DNA from: Phoronis australis
Lineage: Eukaryota > Animalia > Phoronida
Assembly: GCA_002633005.1 (NCBI GenBank)
Contig: NMRA01000668.1
Coordinates: 124,001-188,000 of the forward strand
Direction of reading: 5' to 3'
Length of the DNA: 64,000 nt
Shown: positions 36,589 through 51,019 of the stretch, one piece after another
Layout: every line of letters begins with the position of its first letter
How positions within the stretch are numbered: the stretch's first letter is position 1
Position numbers and translations under genes: made by a program
Notes under the pieces: generated by a model
The model's database searches: none
Told to the model about the DNA's origin: nothing
Seen by the model: the letters and a program-made list of their open reading frames with translations, nothing else

Positions 36589-38495
36589 ATCAAATGGAAA
36601 ATTGGGCTATGTCGCGTTGAAAATTGGAAAAGTACATACGATAATATGTCAATTTCGCCGTGTGTTAAAGGGGGACTGGATGTTGAGAAAAAATCAAAAC
36701 GGGGATAATCTGCAAAGAGCGGGATAACTGGCTAGCAAAACGTACGTTCTCAGTAATACCTATCGGATTGGATTCTTGTGCAAGCTAAATGTTTCATTTT
36801 TAGATTTAATGTAAAAGATAAATGATGCAGCTCACATTTACTGCTCAGAAATCGAATCAATAAAAAGTGTCTTAGCAACGGGTAAGCATTGCTTTTCAAG
36901 TTTCCACGATTCCGTATAAAATGAGTTTTCGAAGAAAAGTCAAATGGGGTCCGATCAAATCTTGGCCTGGATTTCGAGTAAACTTTAAGCATCGTGGCAA
37001 TTCTAGTGGCAGACCAGCATTCATATTTTATTTCTAATGCGGTTTAAGTCCATGTCTCACTACGCGTTATGTATTGCTTGCTAATGGAAATAAACGAGCG
37101 TGAGGTGGCACCATCTGGCGGCATGGCGCAGATATTAGTTTGACCTCGAGGAGACGTATCCAGCTTTTTCTGATGTCCCGAGGAAATCGCTGGATACTTT
37201 GAGGTGAACAGTGCACGCTTTCTCGCCCACTTGCGTGCAAGTCTTCTTAACGTAAGAGTTGTCTAATGGTCGGCATGTGGGCTGCAGAACACAGTTTGGT
37301 AAGAACGTTTGTCGTATAATATGGCGTGGAAATAAGCAGGATGATATACTTGTCTCGGTATACATGTAAATAATATGTCACCTTGTTTGGCTTGGCTGTT
37401 TCAAAACCCCAAAGTTTTGTAAAAAGCTGTTACACCATTCCCAAGCTGCAAAGAGGTTTCTTAAGTTATGGAGCAGTATTCTTATCAGAAACTAATGTCT
37501 GAACTGTTGACAGTGTTACACGTATGTTTCTTACCCTAGGTCACAACGCCACCTATTGGCATAAATGAAGATGTTGCCCTTTGAAATAATGAGACTGATG
37601 GCACTCTGACATAAATCCTATTATTTGGGCAAATAATATCATGCAGCCCTTCATGCTTCATATCCAACATGAATCCCTAACCCTTACTGAGGATAATTTA
37701 GTCAGACATTCATCCAATATTCTAGATCTTTATATATCATAACTAACTGGAACTTTGGTGCCCTTTACAATTACATTTTTCGGTAAAAAAAACAGAATGC
37801 AGTGGCTTTGCCACTGTACGAAAAACGCAATAAACTACTCCAAGTATCTATCAGAATTGTGCAGATGAAGGGTTGCTGACAGATAATGGCCAAACACCTA
37901 CAGTGTATAAAGTAGATTTAAAGTGTACTGTGAGAAGATCAACACATTGATTGCAGTATAGGACTAAGTTTAGGAACTGTTTTCTTTGGAAAGTAAAACT
38001 GCCGTGTATATTACTGTAAACAAGAGTTATTGGAACACATTTTGTGGTTGTTATGTTACTAAAGAAAGTACATGTAGACTGTGGAAAAAACAATATTTAT
38101 GAAAAAGAGACATTATTATTTTAAACACCTGTTGCATAGTTGTCATAGTCAACATTCGAGAAGGAGAACGGGAATAACCTGATTCAAAAGCGGGTGAAAA
38201 GTTCACTGCACCACACAAAGACGTAGCGACAGCATTTGTAGTCCTCATTAAAATCGGCTTGCATATCAGCTATCTCCATACCATAACCATTAGTTATCAT
38301 CACGTGCGCTTTACAACACATGTTTATCATACATAGGTGATGTTAAGCCGTGAAGTAACTGTCTAATCACACCGTAGTTTCTCTAGAGAAGACAATTGTT
38401 ATCATCTCTAGAGAAAAATATCCCTGGCCAAACGGCAAGGACTACGGTATTTGGCGGAGTCTATCAGAATTTCGGTAATTGTTTAACTCATGTTC

Positions 38496-38550
38496 TTATA
38501 CATACATATATACATACATACACACATACATAGATACATATATGTATAAG
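38496..38550. repeat. (TACA)n-like microsatellite
   Basis: CTTATACATACATATATACATACATACACACATACATAGATACATATATGTATAAG. Confidence 0.8.
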
Positions 38551-39717
38551 CAGAGTATGTATATGCATATGTCTCCTGATTCTGTACTGTGTGTTTTTGT
38601 CACTATACATCATTACGTGTTTTGGTCGTGAAAGACCGGCCCGAAAATCCTCCCCTCATTTTCGGATCGGTCGAAATTCCTGAGTAAGCCGCATGTCTTT
38701 GTTTGGCCGGTAACATGCGATTTCTCGTTAAAACACATTATCTGATTGCGTTAAGATAAGAATTACCTAACGAAACAACACTTCTGTTTTCACTTTTTTG
38801 CTCTTCTGATGAATTTAAACTAATAACAAATTCAAAATCGTCATAAAATAATGACCTCTTCGTAAATATCGGTGAAGTTTTATCTGAGGTCGCTTTGCTT
38901 TTAGTATCATTATGCGGTAAAGGAGTTTCCTTTGTTTTGAATTTTATATCCGTTGAGAATTCAATTTACACTTACAATTCCAAAGTAAATACACAGACAT
39001 TAGCGTGCAATGTCAGTAAATCTGAGTTAAAATTCCTGAGAAAGTAACAAATTTTACGACTTTATGAATCCGCAACAGTGTCTAATTTGCATTGTACCAC
39101 AGTATTCTAAGGAATCCGTTCTTTTGGGTGTCGTGATCACCTGTATGGGATGTAGAGTTTCGTCGTTTTTTGCCGTTTCAAAATGAGAGCGATGGGTGAC
39201 CGTGTTAAGCACATACATTTTTGTCGTAAAGCGAAATTCCCGATGAAAATTGTCGCTAATTTGAAGAGTTAACGTTTTTTGTCGGAAGTTATGGCGAAAA
39301 TCCGGAAGGAAATTGGATGAAAAATGACGTTAAAATTGTTGAAATCTTACCGAAAATTTTTGCTTCAAAATTCTTCCTTTTTTCCACGAGAATCATCGTG
39401 AACTTTTTAAGACCACCACATTACGATCAATGCTGAACGGCGGTTCGACCGCGACATGACTGTTCCATCCACAAACATGCATGTGTTACAAGTTCTGAAT
39501 CCGTGTTCGTTAAAAACGAATTGTGGACTGAGCTTTTTGGAGCGATCATACGTTATAAACGACACGTACTTTATAATGCAACTCGATTTTGCTTTTCATG
39601 AACCTTCTAATTCCTTATACATGTATATTGGTTTAACTAAACAGACTTGTCGAAAAAGTGCTATACTGTATAAACTTAATGCCGCCGAAAAAATAAAAGT
39701 TCCATATATGAAGGTTG

Positions 39718-39968
39718 CATGCGCGCACCCGGAGGGGGTTCGGGAGGCTCGAACAAGCCCCCCATTTGGCCAAGTGGACATAAAGGTCCGCCACAGAGAA
39801 ACAAAAAAGTCCTAGAAAACGAGACAAAAGTCCACTCAAAAGGCGCCGACGCATATTTCACAGTTCTGAAGGTGGCACCCCCTTTTTTAGTCCACCAACT
39901 TTTTTATTAGCAAAAGGTAGACCTCGTCTGAAATTCGAGACCCTGTATTAAGGTTTGGTTTGCGCATG
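39718..39968 (+). mobile_element. CATGCGCGCACCC-family MITE, flanks GGTTG/TGTTG
   Basis: TIR CATGCGCGCACCC / GGTTTGCGCATG; homologous to 53938-54156. Confidence 0.8.
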
Positions 39969-42708
39969 TGTTGTGTTGACGCCTCACCATTCACTTAAAA
40001 ATAGTTTCATTGCCAGACCAGGCGTATCGCCTAGTGAGCGCAGTTGAAATGAGAGTACGCACTTTTTTCATTGCGCCGCCCATGGGCTACGGGCGGTGCA
40101 CCGTAGGGGGGATGGGGGGCCGGCTATAGCCCCCACTTTTTTTCACTGCTGCGCAGCCCATGTGTTGGGAATTGTGCTCTAAAATGTTTCACTTTTATAT
40201 GCGGGTTTCCAAAAATAGTATTTTTATGGTTTTCATGAAAAAATAAAATACGAAACGAAAACAAAAGTATACTTGAGAGAGCAACAAATAAAATATGACC
40301 ATGTTATTGATGTTTTGCTATCGTGGCCTCGCGACCCATTAACCATCTTATCAGACGCGAACATGTAGATGGATAAAGCCGAAAAAACAAATTTTACTGA
40401 CTCGCTACTTTCAGATAATATGTAGTGTCAAAATTTCTATTTTCTAGATATTCGTCTAAATGCGCCTACGTGCCGTTGAATTATCGGTATATTAATTAGA
40501 TGATGAATTGAACAAAAACAACACCGCTTGTATAAAGGAGCTCCTTATTACTCCTAGCCTAGGTCCTATTGTAGGTCCTAACGTTACTGATCTCTATCCA
40601 GCTCTTAATAAATAGAGCCAGGAAGCAATCACTAACTTTAACACAAACAATGACAAAATGAAAACGGCGATGATGTAACAATAACAATAATAATTCAACT
40701 GCACCAACAGTACTACTGTAATAATTATTAACAACTGACCTTCCCTATTGTTTATATTTAATCTTAACTTAGCCCAAATTTCGTAGCAAAGTGTTGGTCT
40801 TAAAGCGGCTATACAATAGTTTCATTAAAAGACTTAACAACCACTTCGCTTAATCAATTGATTTCTTAGTGGGCTCAGTCATAACTATTAACATAAAATT
40901 GAAACATAACAGAGATGTACAATTAAACTGACAATAGTACTACAATAGATAATTTCACGAACAAACAAGTGAAATGGTTACATAAATGATTAACGTAAAT
41001 GAATAAGAATGGGAGTCATGTAGTATTAACACAGATTGGAGACAGGGAGGTAAAAAATGCCCTCCATCACAAAATCAAGTTTCAATTTAGATCAGTTATC
41101 GTGATGAAATTGGACTCAATTTACATGTATGTCTTAGTCAATTTAATACAGGTGTATTCAAGCTTTCTAAAGAATTGACAGTGTTGGTTGAGACGACCCT
41201 CACCAAGTTAAAATGTCGCGTGTGTTATTTCACGAAATGGTGCCAAAAATAACAAACTGTCTGTTATTTACATTTTGAACCCAGAAATACCCTTTCATCA
41301 GATTAAAAAAGAAGTTGAGAGCAATTTTGTAGCGAAGAGAAGTCGATTTTTGGACGATTCTCAAGTCAGTTATCATGAAAGGGCCATACAACGTAACAAA
41401 GTACATGAACCCATATATGACAAGCGTCAATTATATAACCTGTTAAACAGTTCATAATAGATGCTCAATCGTAGTCAGTGTTTTTTTCAATTATTTATTG
41501 TAGCATATTTTGAACATTTGATTTATTCTAATTTCAATAAATTTGCATACCGCTAATGTTTTCAGAGATCCATACAGGTAAGTACATGTACTTTATTTAG
41601 CCACGGCATCATAGACAAGAATTTCGACGCATGTCTTGAAACAAGGTGGTTGCTTTCATGCATGGTGAATGAGGAAAGCGTACTCGGTTGCAACCATGCG
41701 TTAAAAAGTCACAAATTGACACCGAATTTTAGCATATGTACGTGAGTCAAATTCAACCATTGAAGCATTGTTTCTAATAGGGGCGCTGCAACACGTGTTC
41801 GATTTTGTAAATATGTATTCTCGTATTGTTAAAAAATAGGGTCAAAGAACAGCTAAAAACGTGAATTAGGAAGTTTTTTCTACGATGGCTTGCAAAACAG
41901 TGGTACTTTTTAAACTATGATTTTGCCTACGGTAATAAAACCCGGACCGGTATACATGTACGTGGACATATATTTCTTTGTTACGTAGCTCAAAATGCAC
42001 GTATGCATGTTAAACTGAATAGGAGATTGTATCGAAATAATCTTGCCCCGTAGGCAAATCTAAGCAGGTAGATTTACATGTAGGTGAGTAGGAAAGTAGG
42101 TGGGTGCACACCTGTAATCACGTTCATTTTAGGGAATTTTTATTAAAAATATTCGAACTATATACATTCAGCACGTCACCAAAGACTTCCACAAATTAAA
42201 AGACGCCATGTCGGTTTCGTGCGTTGACACATTAGTACACATTTAGACCCACGCTCTGTATATATTTATTGATAGATATAAATTTAGTCAAAGTATTATT
42301 TTTTCAAAAAACAAATGCCAGTCTAATGTTTTGTATACACCAAAGCTTCAGCCAAAGGCAAAGTGTGAACCATAAACAGGCACATGTTTTCTACAGGGAG
42401 TTTTGAGCGTTCTGTCTATTCCCAGTTGACTGCTTAGTCAAGCACTAGAAATCTATGCTCATACGGATATCTCAGCCTGACCACGTGCTTCACTCCTTAC
42501 ATAAAGCGAATGTTAAAAAGAGACGCATGGGCTTAAATGCGCGGGTAATAAGTCAGCGTAAGTTCACCAGGCAAAAACCGCTTTGCAGACTTCAAAGAAA
42601 TTGTTGACGGAAATCGAAAGTTATTGAGGTGCTGTAAACGTCTTTCTGTGCACAGCAACGGATTTTGTGTAACAGTTCAACTGTATTCAGCTACACCTGG
42701 CAGAATCA

Positions 42709-45200
42709 TTAGAACGTCAAAGGCGGGTCCTCCGTTCCGCGTGAGTTCCCAGTCCTTATGGCGAGGGTGGTTATTGCTGCAGGATCTTCAAAACGTCGGG
42801 AGAAGTCGCCTTGTGCCAGCAGATCTACTTCAGGTAAATCAATTTCGGACTCCGTTAAGCTCAATAAATCCTCAGAATAACCTTCCGACACCTGTGTTGA
42901 TGTTCTTGCTACGTTGGGGAACTCGAGGCTCCAGTGACTGTCGAAGATATCTGCGTTCACAACACTCTCGACACTGTGTTCCTCATGGAGGGCGCTGTTG
43001 TCAGTGGCGGTATATGTGGTTTCGGAGCGAACTTCCGTCTGCACTGCTTGCGTGTTTGTGGCTTTATATTGCCCAGTCCTCCTGAAACAGTAAAATTTAT
43101 CAATTAAGAACTATCACGCACCGATGCTAACTCAGATTATTGAATAAATCTATTAAATCTAAGTTATTCTTTAGAAAACAAACATGTATAAAAAGTAACT
43201 ACCACAAAAGCCAACGAAGCCCGCTGGACATTCAGAATTACATCCTAAAGAAGTTCTTTATATTGTTAGCAGTGACGTCGCTACGAGTAACGTCACGCGG
43301 GACGGAAAATAACGGTGTTACCACCGATATTGTACATCCCCAAAATAGTCTTTTGCGTCGCACTATCTTTGTAGGCTTACGCGTCACTTCCCTGGTCAAA
43401 ATCAATTTCATAATGACTCTGGTCGTTTGCACCGTCACCACTTATTTCTCAGCTCATCACTATTTAGTTTTGTGCCACACTGGCCATTCTGTCCGTTGGA
43501 TTGCCGACACCTGAGTCATCCCACGGACAATAACTTTCACAGTTTTTGACATTACGGGCAGTACTAATAGAGAACACAGGGAACAGAAATGTAGTATGGA
43601 CTTGGTTGTCCAGTTTCACCAAGTTTCCTACGTGAGGCTTGTATTGTACCTACCCTTTGGAATGTGTTGAAATTTTCTTGGCCGCGTTCAACGAAGCCTC
43701 CGCTGAACGCAATGTCGAGCGAAAGTGCATATCAGCTCCTTCGTGGCAATGTGAAGAAAATGCGGATATGACATGTTCATGTTTCGATTGCTTCAGAATA
43801 AACGCTCTCCACCAGTCAGTGTAAGTAAAAATGGTTACCGTTGTCCGTATGCGTCTTGCAAACACTAGCTGAATTGACTTGTAAACCTACATGTACCTTC
43901 TGTCAAGCTGGATAGTCAATGTTTTTGAAATTCTTCAGCAAAATTGAGAGGGTTTCACTAACGTATCCCGGGCCAGTTCCGTACAAACACGAAAAAGCAA
44001 AATCATACAAGGCCACGCAAAATCGATCACGCGACTGAAAATCGAGTGATTTGTGGTCACTATAAGCTCACTAGCGCATCCTAGTGGTTATTGTATGCTT
44101 GGTATCTTATTGTCCAAAGGATTGTTTGGTCGGTGGATTTAGATTGTCGAATTATGACGTGCATATTGATGTCTCCGTTCTCTAGGCGAGTTTTCGCTGC
44201 AAATGCTTTGCGAGTGTTTTGGTTCTACTGACCACGGCTTTACATGTATTTCAAAGCCAACGAGCCCGTTATTTGCAGCCCGGTCAATGAGCTCAAGTGG
44301 GCACCGGCTCTTTTCAGACCAACACGTCGGTGCCACTATGTTATGTATCTTACTAGCGCACCCTACAAAACTGACCACTGGACTGTTCGGTTTGCTGCTT
44401 CCATTGACTAGGGTGAGACTTTTCTACGCAAATGCTTCGCGAATTCCTTGGTTATACAGAACGCAACTTTATATTTATTTCAATGTCATCGATCCCGTCA
44501 TTTGCAACCCACACAATGAGCTCACGCGAGCGCTGAGCTCTTTCATACTGATAAGTCATTGTCACTGACAAAAAACCTATGAATTATAATAATTCTTTTC
44601 TTCATAGTTATTTTTGAACAAGTATGAAGACCATTAATGCAATTCGTTTCAGTTTCGATACAGTAGTCGATAAAAGTTGAAAACACCGAATTACAGGTAC
44701 GGCAGAATCTCAAAACAGAAAAAAATTAGATGGCGCTAATGACGCTGGTGATGACACATTTATATCATAATAACTTCGGCTTTACAATGGCCATTAATTT
44801 GGAAATGGAAAAATGACATTGAACTGCCACACACCTTTATATATTTTTCTTTTAACACTTCCGGGCCGGGTTTTGGTATGGACTTTCTTTTCCCGTTTTT
44901 CTTTGACTTTCCCTTTTTATTTTGGAGTGCTTCTTCTTTCTAACATGGCATGGTAGAACGTGAACTCACATTCCGGCTTAGCTGGTTTCAGCACCTTTAA
45001 TCGTTTTTGCTCAATGAATACGCCTAACTTCTCCAACATCTTTTCTATATCGAGCAAAGTCTGGGCTTCCTTCTTGTGAATTTTACTGTTTCTTCTGAGA
45101 GCTGGAAAACAACAAGTAAATCGTCCCAAGCAACATAATTCGCTTTTCACTGAAGGTGTTTTCGTAAAAAACATTGCTTTATAAAGAGACTCACCTCCAT
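42709..45200 (-). pseudogene. Unidentified decayed or spliced coding-like region
   Basis: Strong acceptor TTTTACTGTTTCAG at ~43083 followed by an open acidic, Ser/Thr-rich frame to TAA at 42709; long, sparsely interrupted frame at 43450-44570; exon-like block at ~44970-45101 and 6-nt CAG|ATGGAG|GTGAGT at ~45193-45198. Phases could not be joined and no family was recognised. Confidence 0.3.
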
Positions 45201-47376
45201 CTGAAAACTTTCTACCGTTTTACAGTATGTTATTCAGCAAATGTTCATTAACGACATACCCTATAATCGCGAGGTAGCGCTTATGAAGAGAAGTTCCTCT
45301 TTGAAACATCTGATTAGATTGAAAGCAGAAATCAGTGTGTGGGATAACGGTCTCACGTGACTACAGAATTCATATACATGTAGTTATGATCGTTGTCCGA
45401 GGAACACCGTAAAATATAGTTAATTGTTTTCGGTGAGCTCAACCAGTCCTCGTTTTGTCACCTGCTAATGTGTCATTGGCGTCCCAGTTGAGTGACAAAA
45501 ACAGTATTCGTAAACTCGTACTTTCTGTGTAACAGATTGAATATTATGGCTCTTTTTGAGTGGTTATCGAGAGTTACAGGGAAATATTTAGTTTCAGAGA
45601 AACTGGGTATCAAAATCGTTGATGGTATCAGTACTAATAGGCCATTATCAAGATTTGTATCGGGCATTGCCAACACTACACCCGCCCCACAGTTGGCAAA
45701 CAACTTAAGTGTTTTGCAATTAAATTTTCTACGAGAGTAAGCTGTTGAGTCCGTGATTATAAAATACAACTTTGCCTCAAAATTACGCACTTTTTCGTCC
45801 AACCAATTTCCTCTACTGTATTACCAACCAACTTCAGGACATCTGACATGTCCATTTCCGCGTAACCCTTTCTCCTGTACATCGTTCACTCTTTAACAGC
45901 GAGCGTCCCGCAATAAAACGTCGATGATTCAATCGCTCGGATTTCAAAAGTAAAGATGACGTCATGCTATTATGCTGTTTGATGACATAGATAATTGTAC
46001 TGACAGAATAACTTTGACGTTTTCCGTTTCTAGAGTCACTTTTTCCTGCATAAAATTTAGTTCAATCATTACTTTTAAGGTTATGTGTGACTTTTTGAAA
46101 TGTCGATTCAATCAAACTCATAAACAAGCACTAAAACTGAGTGGAATGATTACGAAAAATAAGTTGATACCTGTTTCCCCAGCCAATCACATTCCCCCTG
46201 GCCCGTATATCTGCGTTATTCAGCGAGCAGAATAACCAAAGTGACCCTCTGACTGTTGAAAGCTTTCAGTTGGCAAGAGTTTTAGAAAAAAATTATCATT
46301 ATTATTTGACAAATTTGAACATATTACTTGATAGCTGCAGATGGTTGTTACAAAATTCACAATGTCTTGTCCTGTGAACTTGCCAAAGATTATGTCCTTA
46401 ATACCACAGGTTAAGTACTGATACAAGTTAACTGTTGGATTTGTCCAATGAAATGAAGAGGATGCGTATTTTGCTAAACAGCTATTCCAACTTTCTTTCA
46501 GTTGAGTGTTAGTGTTGGGGACTATACATGTACATCTATATGTCAAACGAATTTGAAACCTCTTTAGTTCTGAATCATTTGTAAAGTGGCCCTTTCCTCA
46601 CTATTCGTCAGTTAAAAAGTTTATAAAATTTACAATTTGTTTCAAAGTTTGATATTTTGTACATGTACATGAGTTAACCAGACTTACAAAGAAGATGTTT
46701 TCTGGCCTCGAAAGCAAGCGTGAAAGTAATTGGGGGATGTTTGGCAAAGTAACTTTAAAATGCTTTATTTTCGGTTACTTTAAGCTATTCACGTAATGTT
46801 TTTCGCTGACCGTAAAATTTTAAGTCATTTCACATCACGAGTCCTACAGATGAGCACAGAAACTTTATTCTCTCTTGTATTTTTGACCCATATACTCCTA
46901 GTAAAAACCAGGCTAAACTATGAAAAATAAGGGCAAAAAACCGCAAAATCAGCACTTTTCACCTCAAAACCACCAGTTTCCTGCCGAGGCTCGACTACAG
47001 CCAACACTAGACTCCAAATGCAAATTTCCTACCTATTCCAAAAAGGTGGTTTAAAAGTATTGTCAACCTACCATTTTTGACAACGCTGGCTTGTTTGATG
47101 GCTTCCTGAAATCGCGGCCAATTTCTCAGTTGCTACCCAGCAATGCCCATTTGCAACAGGGTGCCGAAATCTTGAAGGAGTGTGTAGCTATAGCCGAGCA
47201 AGTGGTCTTTTTTCATTCTCACTATGTTCACAAATACAAAAAACACATTCACTTGGCCTACACACAATACCTAATTCAAAAATGCCCCCAAGCTTGGCCT
47301 ATCCAAGGAGTTTACAATGGTAGGAGGATTCGCCGGTAAGTTCGCTGTTATCGCAAGAAGCAAATAAGCAATGATG

Positions 47377-50300
47377 AAAATTGAGTTATGACACCTCTTG
47401 AAGCGCAATGAATTACAAAAATTCACCCATGGAAGCACCATAACTGTCATTTTTATGTTTCCTAAGGTTCCAGAGAAACAAGTATTATTTGTTATAATTT
47501 TGTTTTTGCACTCCTCTTATGTACCCCCTCAGTTCCGCTGGTACCTGGAGGCAACTGCTCCCATGAACCCCCAGGAGCAATCACTAAGGTCACATGTATG
47601 TAGACCATTTAGGAATCAAATGTTATCAAGAACGGTTGTTTGCCTCATTAAAAATTCAAACATGAAGCAAAGTCATACATTTGAAGGGAGCTTCAAGAGA
47701 ATAAAAGCAAAAATCTTAATGTCTATTACACTTTAGTATTGACTAAAACACACATTTTCGTAAATATACATATTTTACACATTTGCAATCACACATCAAT
47801 TTCACTGCTCGTGAAACGTCATTAAAAGTGTGAATTTTTCAGTGCTTGCATAGTTTGGACTCTGCCGCTGAATTACTTTTACTGATTCGACGCAAGGGGG
47901 CGCTAATTTTCGACCGATAACCATTGCAGCGAAAGGAAGGATGTCGGAGTGGGACCTCCTAATGTACTACATTCCTTGCCTTTACTACATGCAAGCTTAA
48001 TGTTGACCATTATTCGGTACCAAGAAATTCAGGTACCCTGCCTTCAGACTTATTGGATTTGTGAAAAATCTACTTTCACCTAATTTCTGGAATCTGAAGA
48101 GTAGTGTGCGTTCCAACTCATCAAGGATATGCCGTTTGTATACGGAGGTGGACCTTGGTCTCCATTTTATCTGTTAGTGCATTCAAACACTCAGCTCTCT
48201 TGTTGTTGTTGTCGTACATAAACGTGCTCATATCATGAATGAGTTTGTTATATGGCATGCTCGCATTTTCCATGTCGTTTTCCTTCGAGAATTTATGCAG
48301 CTCCTTTCTGGCATTGCCCACTCTAATTGAGGAATCATCGGTTATGTGGATGGCTGGGTTTTGTAGGTTTTTGCGTTTGTAAAAAGTTGGTCTTGTCTTT
48401 AGAAGACACCTGAGCAAAGTCCGGACGGGTCTTTACGCTTATTTTCTTTTCCAATATGTGTGCTCTCTCGACATGGATATCGATACCTAAATGCTGTTTA
48501 GAAAGATTTACTACGAGCGGTTCAGATATTGCCCACGGTTCATTATTTTCTTCTTTCAAGCCATGGAAGATTAGTGTACGTTATCACGCCTGGACCGATT
48601 TTCTAGGTGATCAATTTTCGTGCTCAGATCTTCTGTTGAACAATTTCTATCAAAATACGGTTTTTATGAAATTTGGTTGATTCAAGGTGTCACGTGCGAG
48701 GACTCGATCTTCGAGCAAAAAGTTAACGATTGCTATGAGCAAGGTTAGCGAGCAGAAATTGAGCACAATGCAAAACTTAAATGGCACTGTAACTTACTTA
48801 AAGACTTAGTCCTGTTTTGAACCCTATCTTAAATTACCGCTACATAATAGTCTTGTTCAAGCCTTTTGTCGGTAACGTTGCTCCAAACATAGAATACAAC
48901 TGCAAGTGGGTAGACACTAGAAAGTGGAATATAATAATGATTAATAGATTATGTTTGATTTTCAATAATGGTCTTGAAGACGAAGAATATCACTTCCTGT
49001 TGATTTTCATGGGATATTGCGACCTTAGGTCACGTTTTATGAAAAAAGTTCAATGGAGGCACCCAACCCAAGAATGCTGTATACGCCTGCTAGCTAATTC
49101 AGGCACATGTATTTCTGTTTCTAAATAAGTCAATGTATTCTGCCCTTAAACGAAGAAAACAGTCAACTCTTAAATGGATTGACTGCGCGTCTAAATGTAT
49201 CTTTTTGATTTTTTAGCTGAATGTACTGTATTTTGGTAAGTTTTTTGTAATTTATATACAGTGAAGGGAATGTAGTTTTAAGATTTATAAGTTTTGCCTT
49301 CAGAAGAAAAACAATAATAATAACATAAAATAAAACCACCATCTAAAACAAAACAGCACAAAATGCGAAACCAGAAAACATGAGAGGGAAAAACAGAAAT
49401 ACCTATACTTTCCTCAGTTATTGATAGGTGTTATTTCAATCGTGTTTTTAGTGGTTATCGGATATTTCACATGTACTCTGATTGAAAGTAATGGCTTGTG
49501 ACTTCGTTGACTTTCGACGTTGCATTTTGATTTTGAAAGTTTGTGACTGTGCCGGTGTACCAGAGTTAAGGAAACTATTTACCTCTAATGAAACGTCGAC
49601 TTCATCTTAAAAACATCTATAACTAACAACTTTCAACACCTAAAAATATATTATATATTTTTTAGAAGTAGAAGTCATGTCAAATCTACTCATACCATTC
49701 AGAACAATTACCTTACCTGTGTTCTCGAGACAACCTGTTTTCAGAAAAAATATTGGTTTTAAATGTTTGTTGACAGGAAAAGAGTCCCTTGAACATCATT
49801 CATCAAACTTTTGTATTAAAGCTTTGACAGCAATGCTCATCTGGGATTTTTACATCAGTGAAGTTGATATTTAAATCCCAAATAGGCTTTCCTAATGATA
49901 ATGGGACACTTGGTTTTAAACTAAACATAAAAACACAATGTAGGCTCCAGTACAAAATCCAAGACATCTCACAGAGAGATTGTGCCATTGGGAAATTAAA
50001 ACTATTAAAATCATTGTATTTTTTCTCGAAACATTACCAAAAACATGGTGACATTACTGAAAGAATGGTACAGTTTTGTAATTGGTATGAATAGATTGCC
50101 TCGATTTCTAGTTTCAGAAAATATATAGTGTGATGAGTTCATAGTATCTTGTAAATATCTTAAGATGAAATAGACATTTAATGGAGGTTACACATACCTG
50201 CATTTCCTCCATGCATCCAAACTTGTCTTGAAGAACCCAAATAATGTCATTTTGTCTTACCTGTGTTCTCTTACATGTACATTCATATGAAAACAATGGA

Positions 50301-51019
50301 ATCAATTACATGAGAACATTTTGTTTAATGTAAAAATTTAAGATACAATCCCCAAATAACGCTACTACTTTTTCTCAATTATTGTTTCGCTTTCGCGTTT
50401 TGCAAACTTTTATTTGTTCATAAAAATCCCAAATGTCCTATGTCCCATATACGAATGTGATATGGATAACAATACATGCAGCATGGTGTACATGGTTGTA
50501 ACGTATGAATCTGTTGTATAACGTCTCTTTACCGCGATCCTGTATCCATGTGTGGTGTACTTGTTCACTCCTGTGTACCCTAGCATGCTATGAGTTCTGG
50601 GATTGTTAGGGAATTGTGGGTAGTAGTAAAGATGGATGGAAACCATGTGGATGTGCCCTTTGTAGCTCTGCCCTACGAAACGACGGTTTCGGAGATACGG
50701 TGTTTCGAAATTAGCCATATTTGTACTTTGTCTAGGGTACTACATAACTTTAAAAATTCAGCAATGACAGCAAAACAGCAGTGAAACGCAGCTTTAATCG
50801 TTCGTTTTCGATTTGTGTTAAAAGGGAACTGAAGTAAAATAATGCAGCAGTTAACCGGTTCTAACATACAGATAAACCTCACATTTGCCCGAGTTGCGCG
50901 CTAAACAAAAGCTCATTCGTAGTTATTGTCAAAAGACTGAGATCGTGACAGCGATCCCCGATTGTATCAGCCGTTCTTATGTTTTACTGTTTGCCACAGT
51001 GCTGTAACAGGTTCCCCAT
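47377..51019 (+). repeat. ~3.6 kb direct duplication, copy 2, carrying the same LINE ORF1 (minus, ~48120-48620) and ORF2-tail (plus, ~48830-49128) fragments
   Basis: Colinear with 3526-7123; KIDHLENRSRRDN..IFHGLKEENNEPW..HVERAH and NRLCLIFNNGLEDEEYHFLL motifs. Confidence 0.9.
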
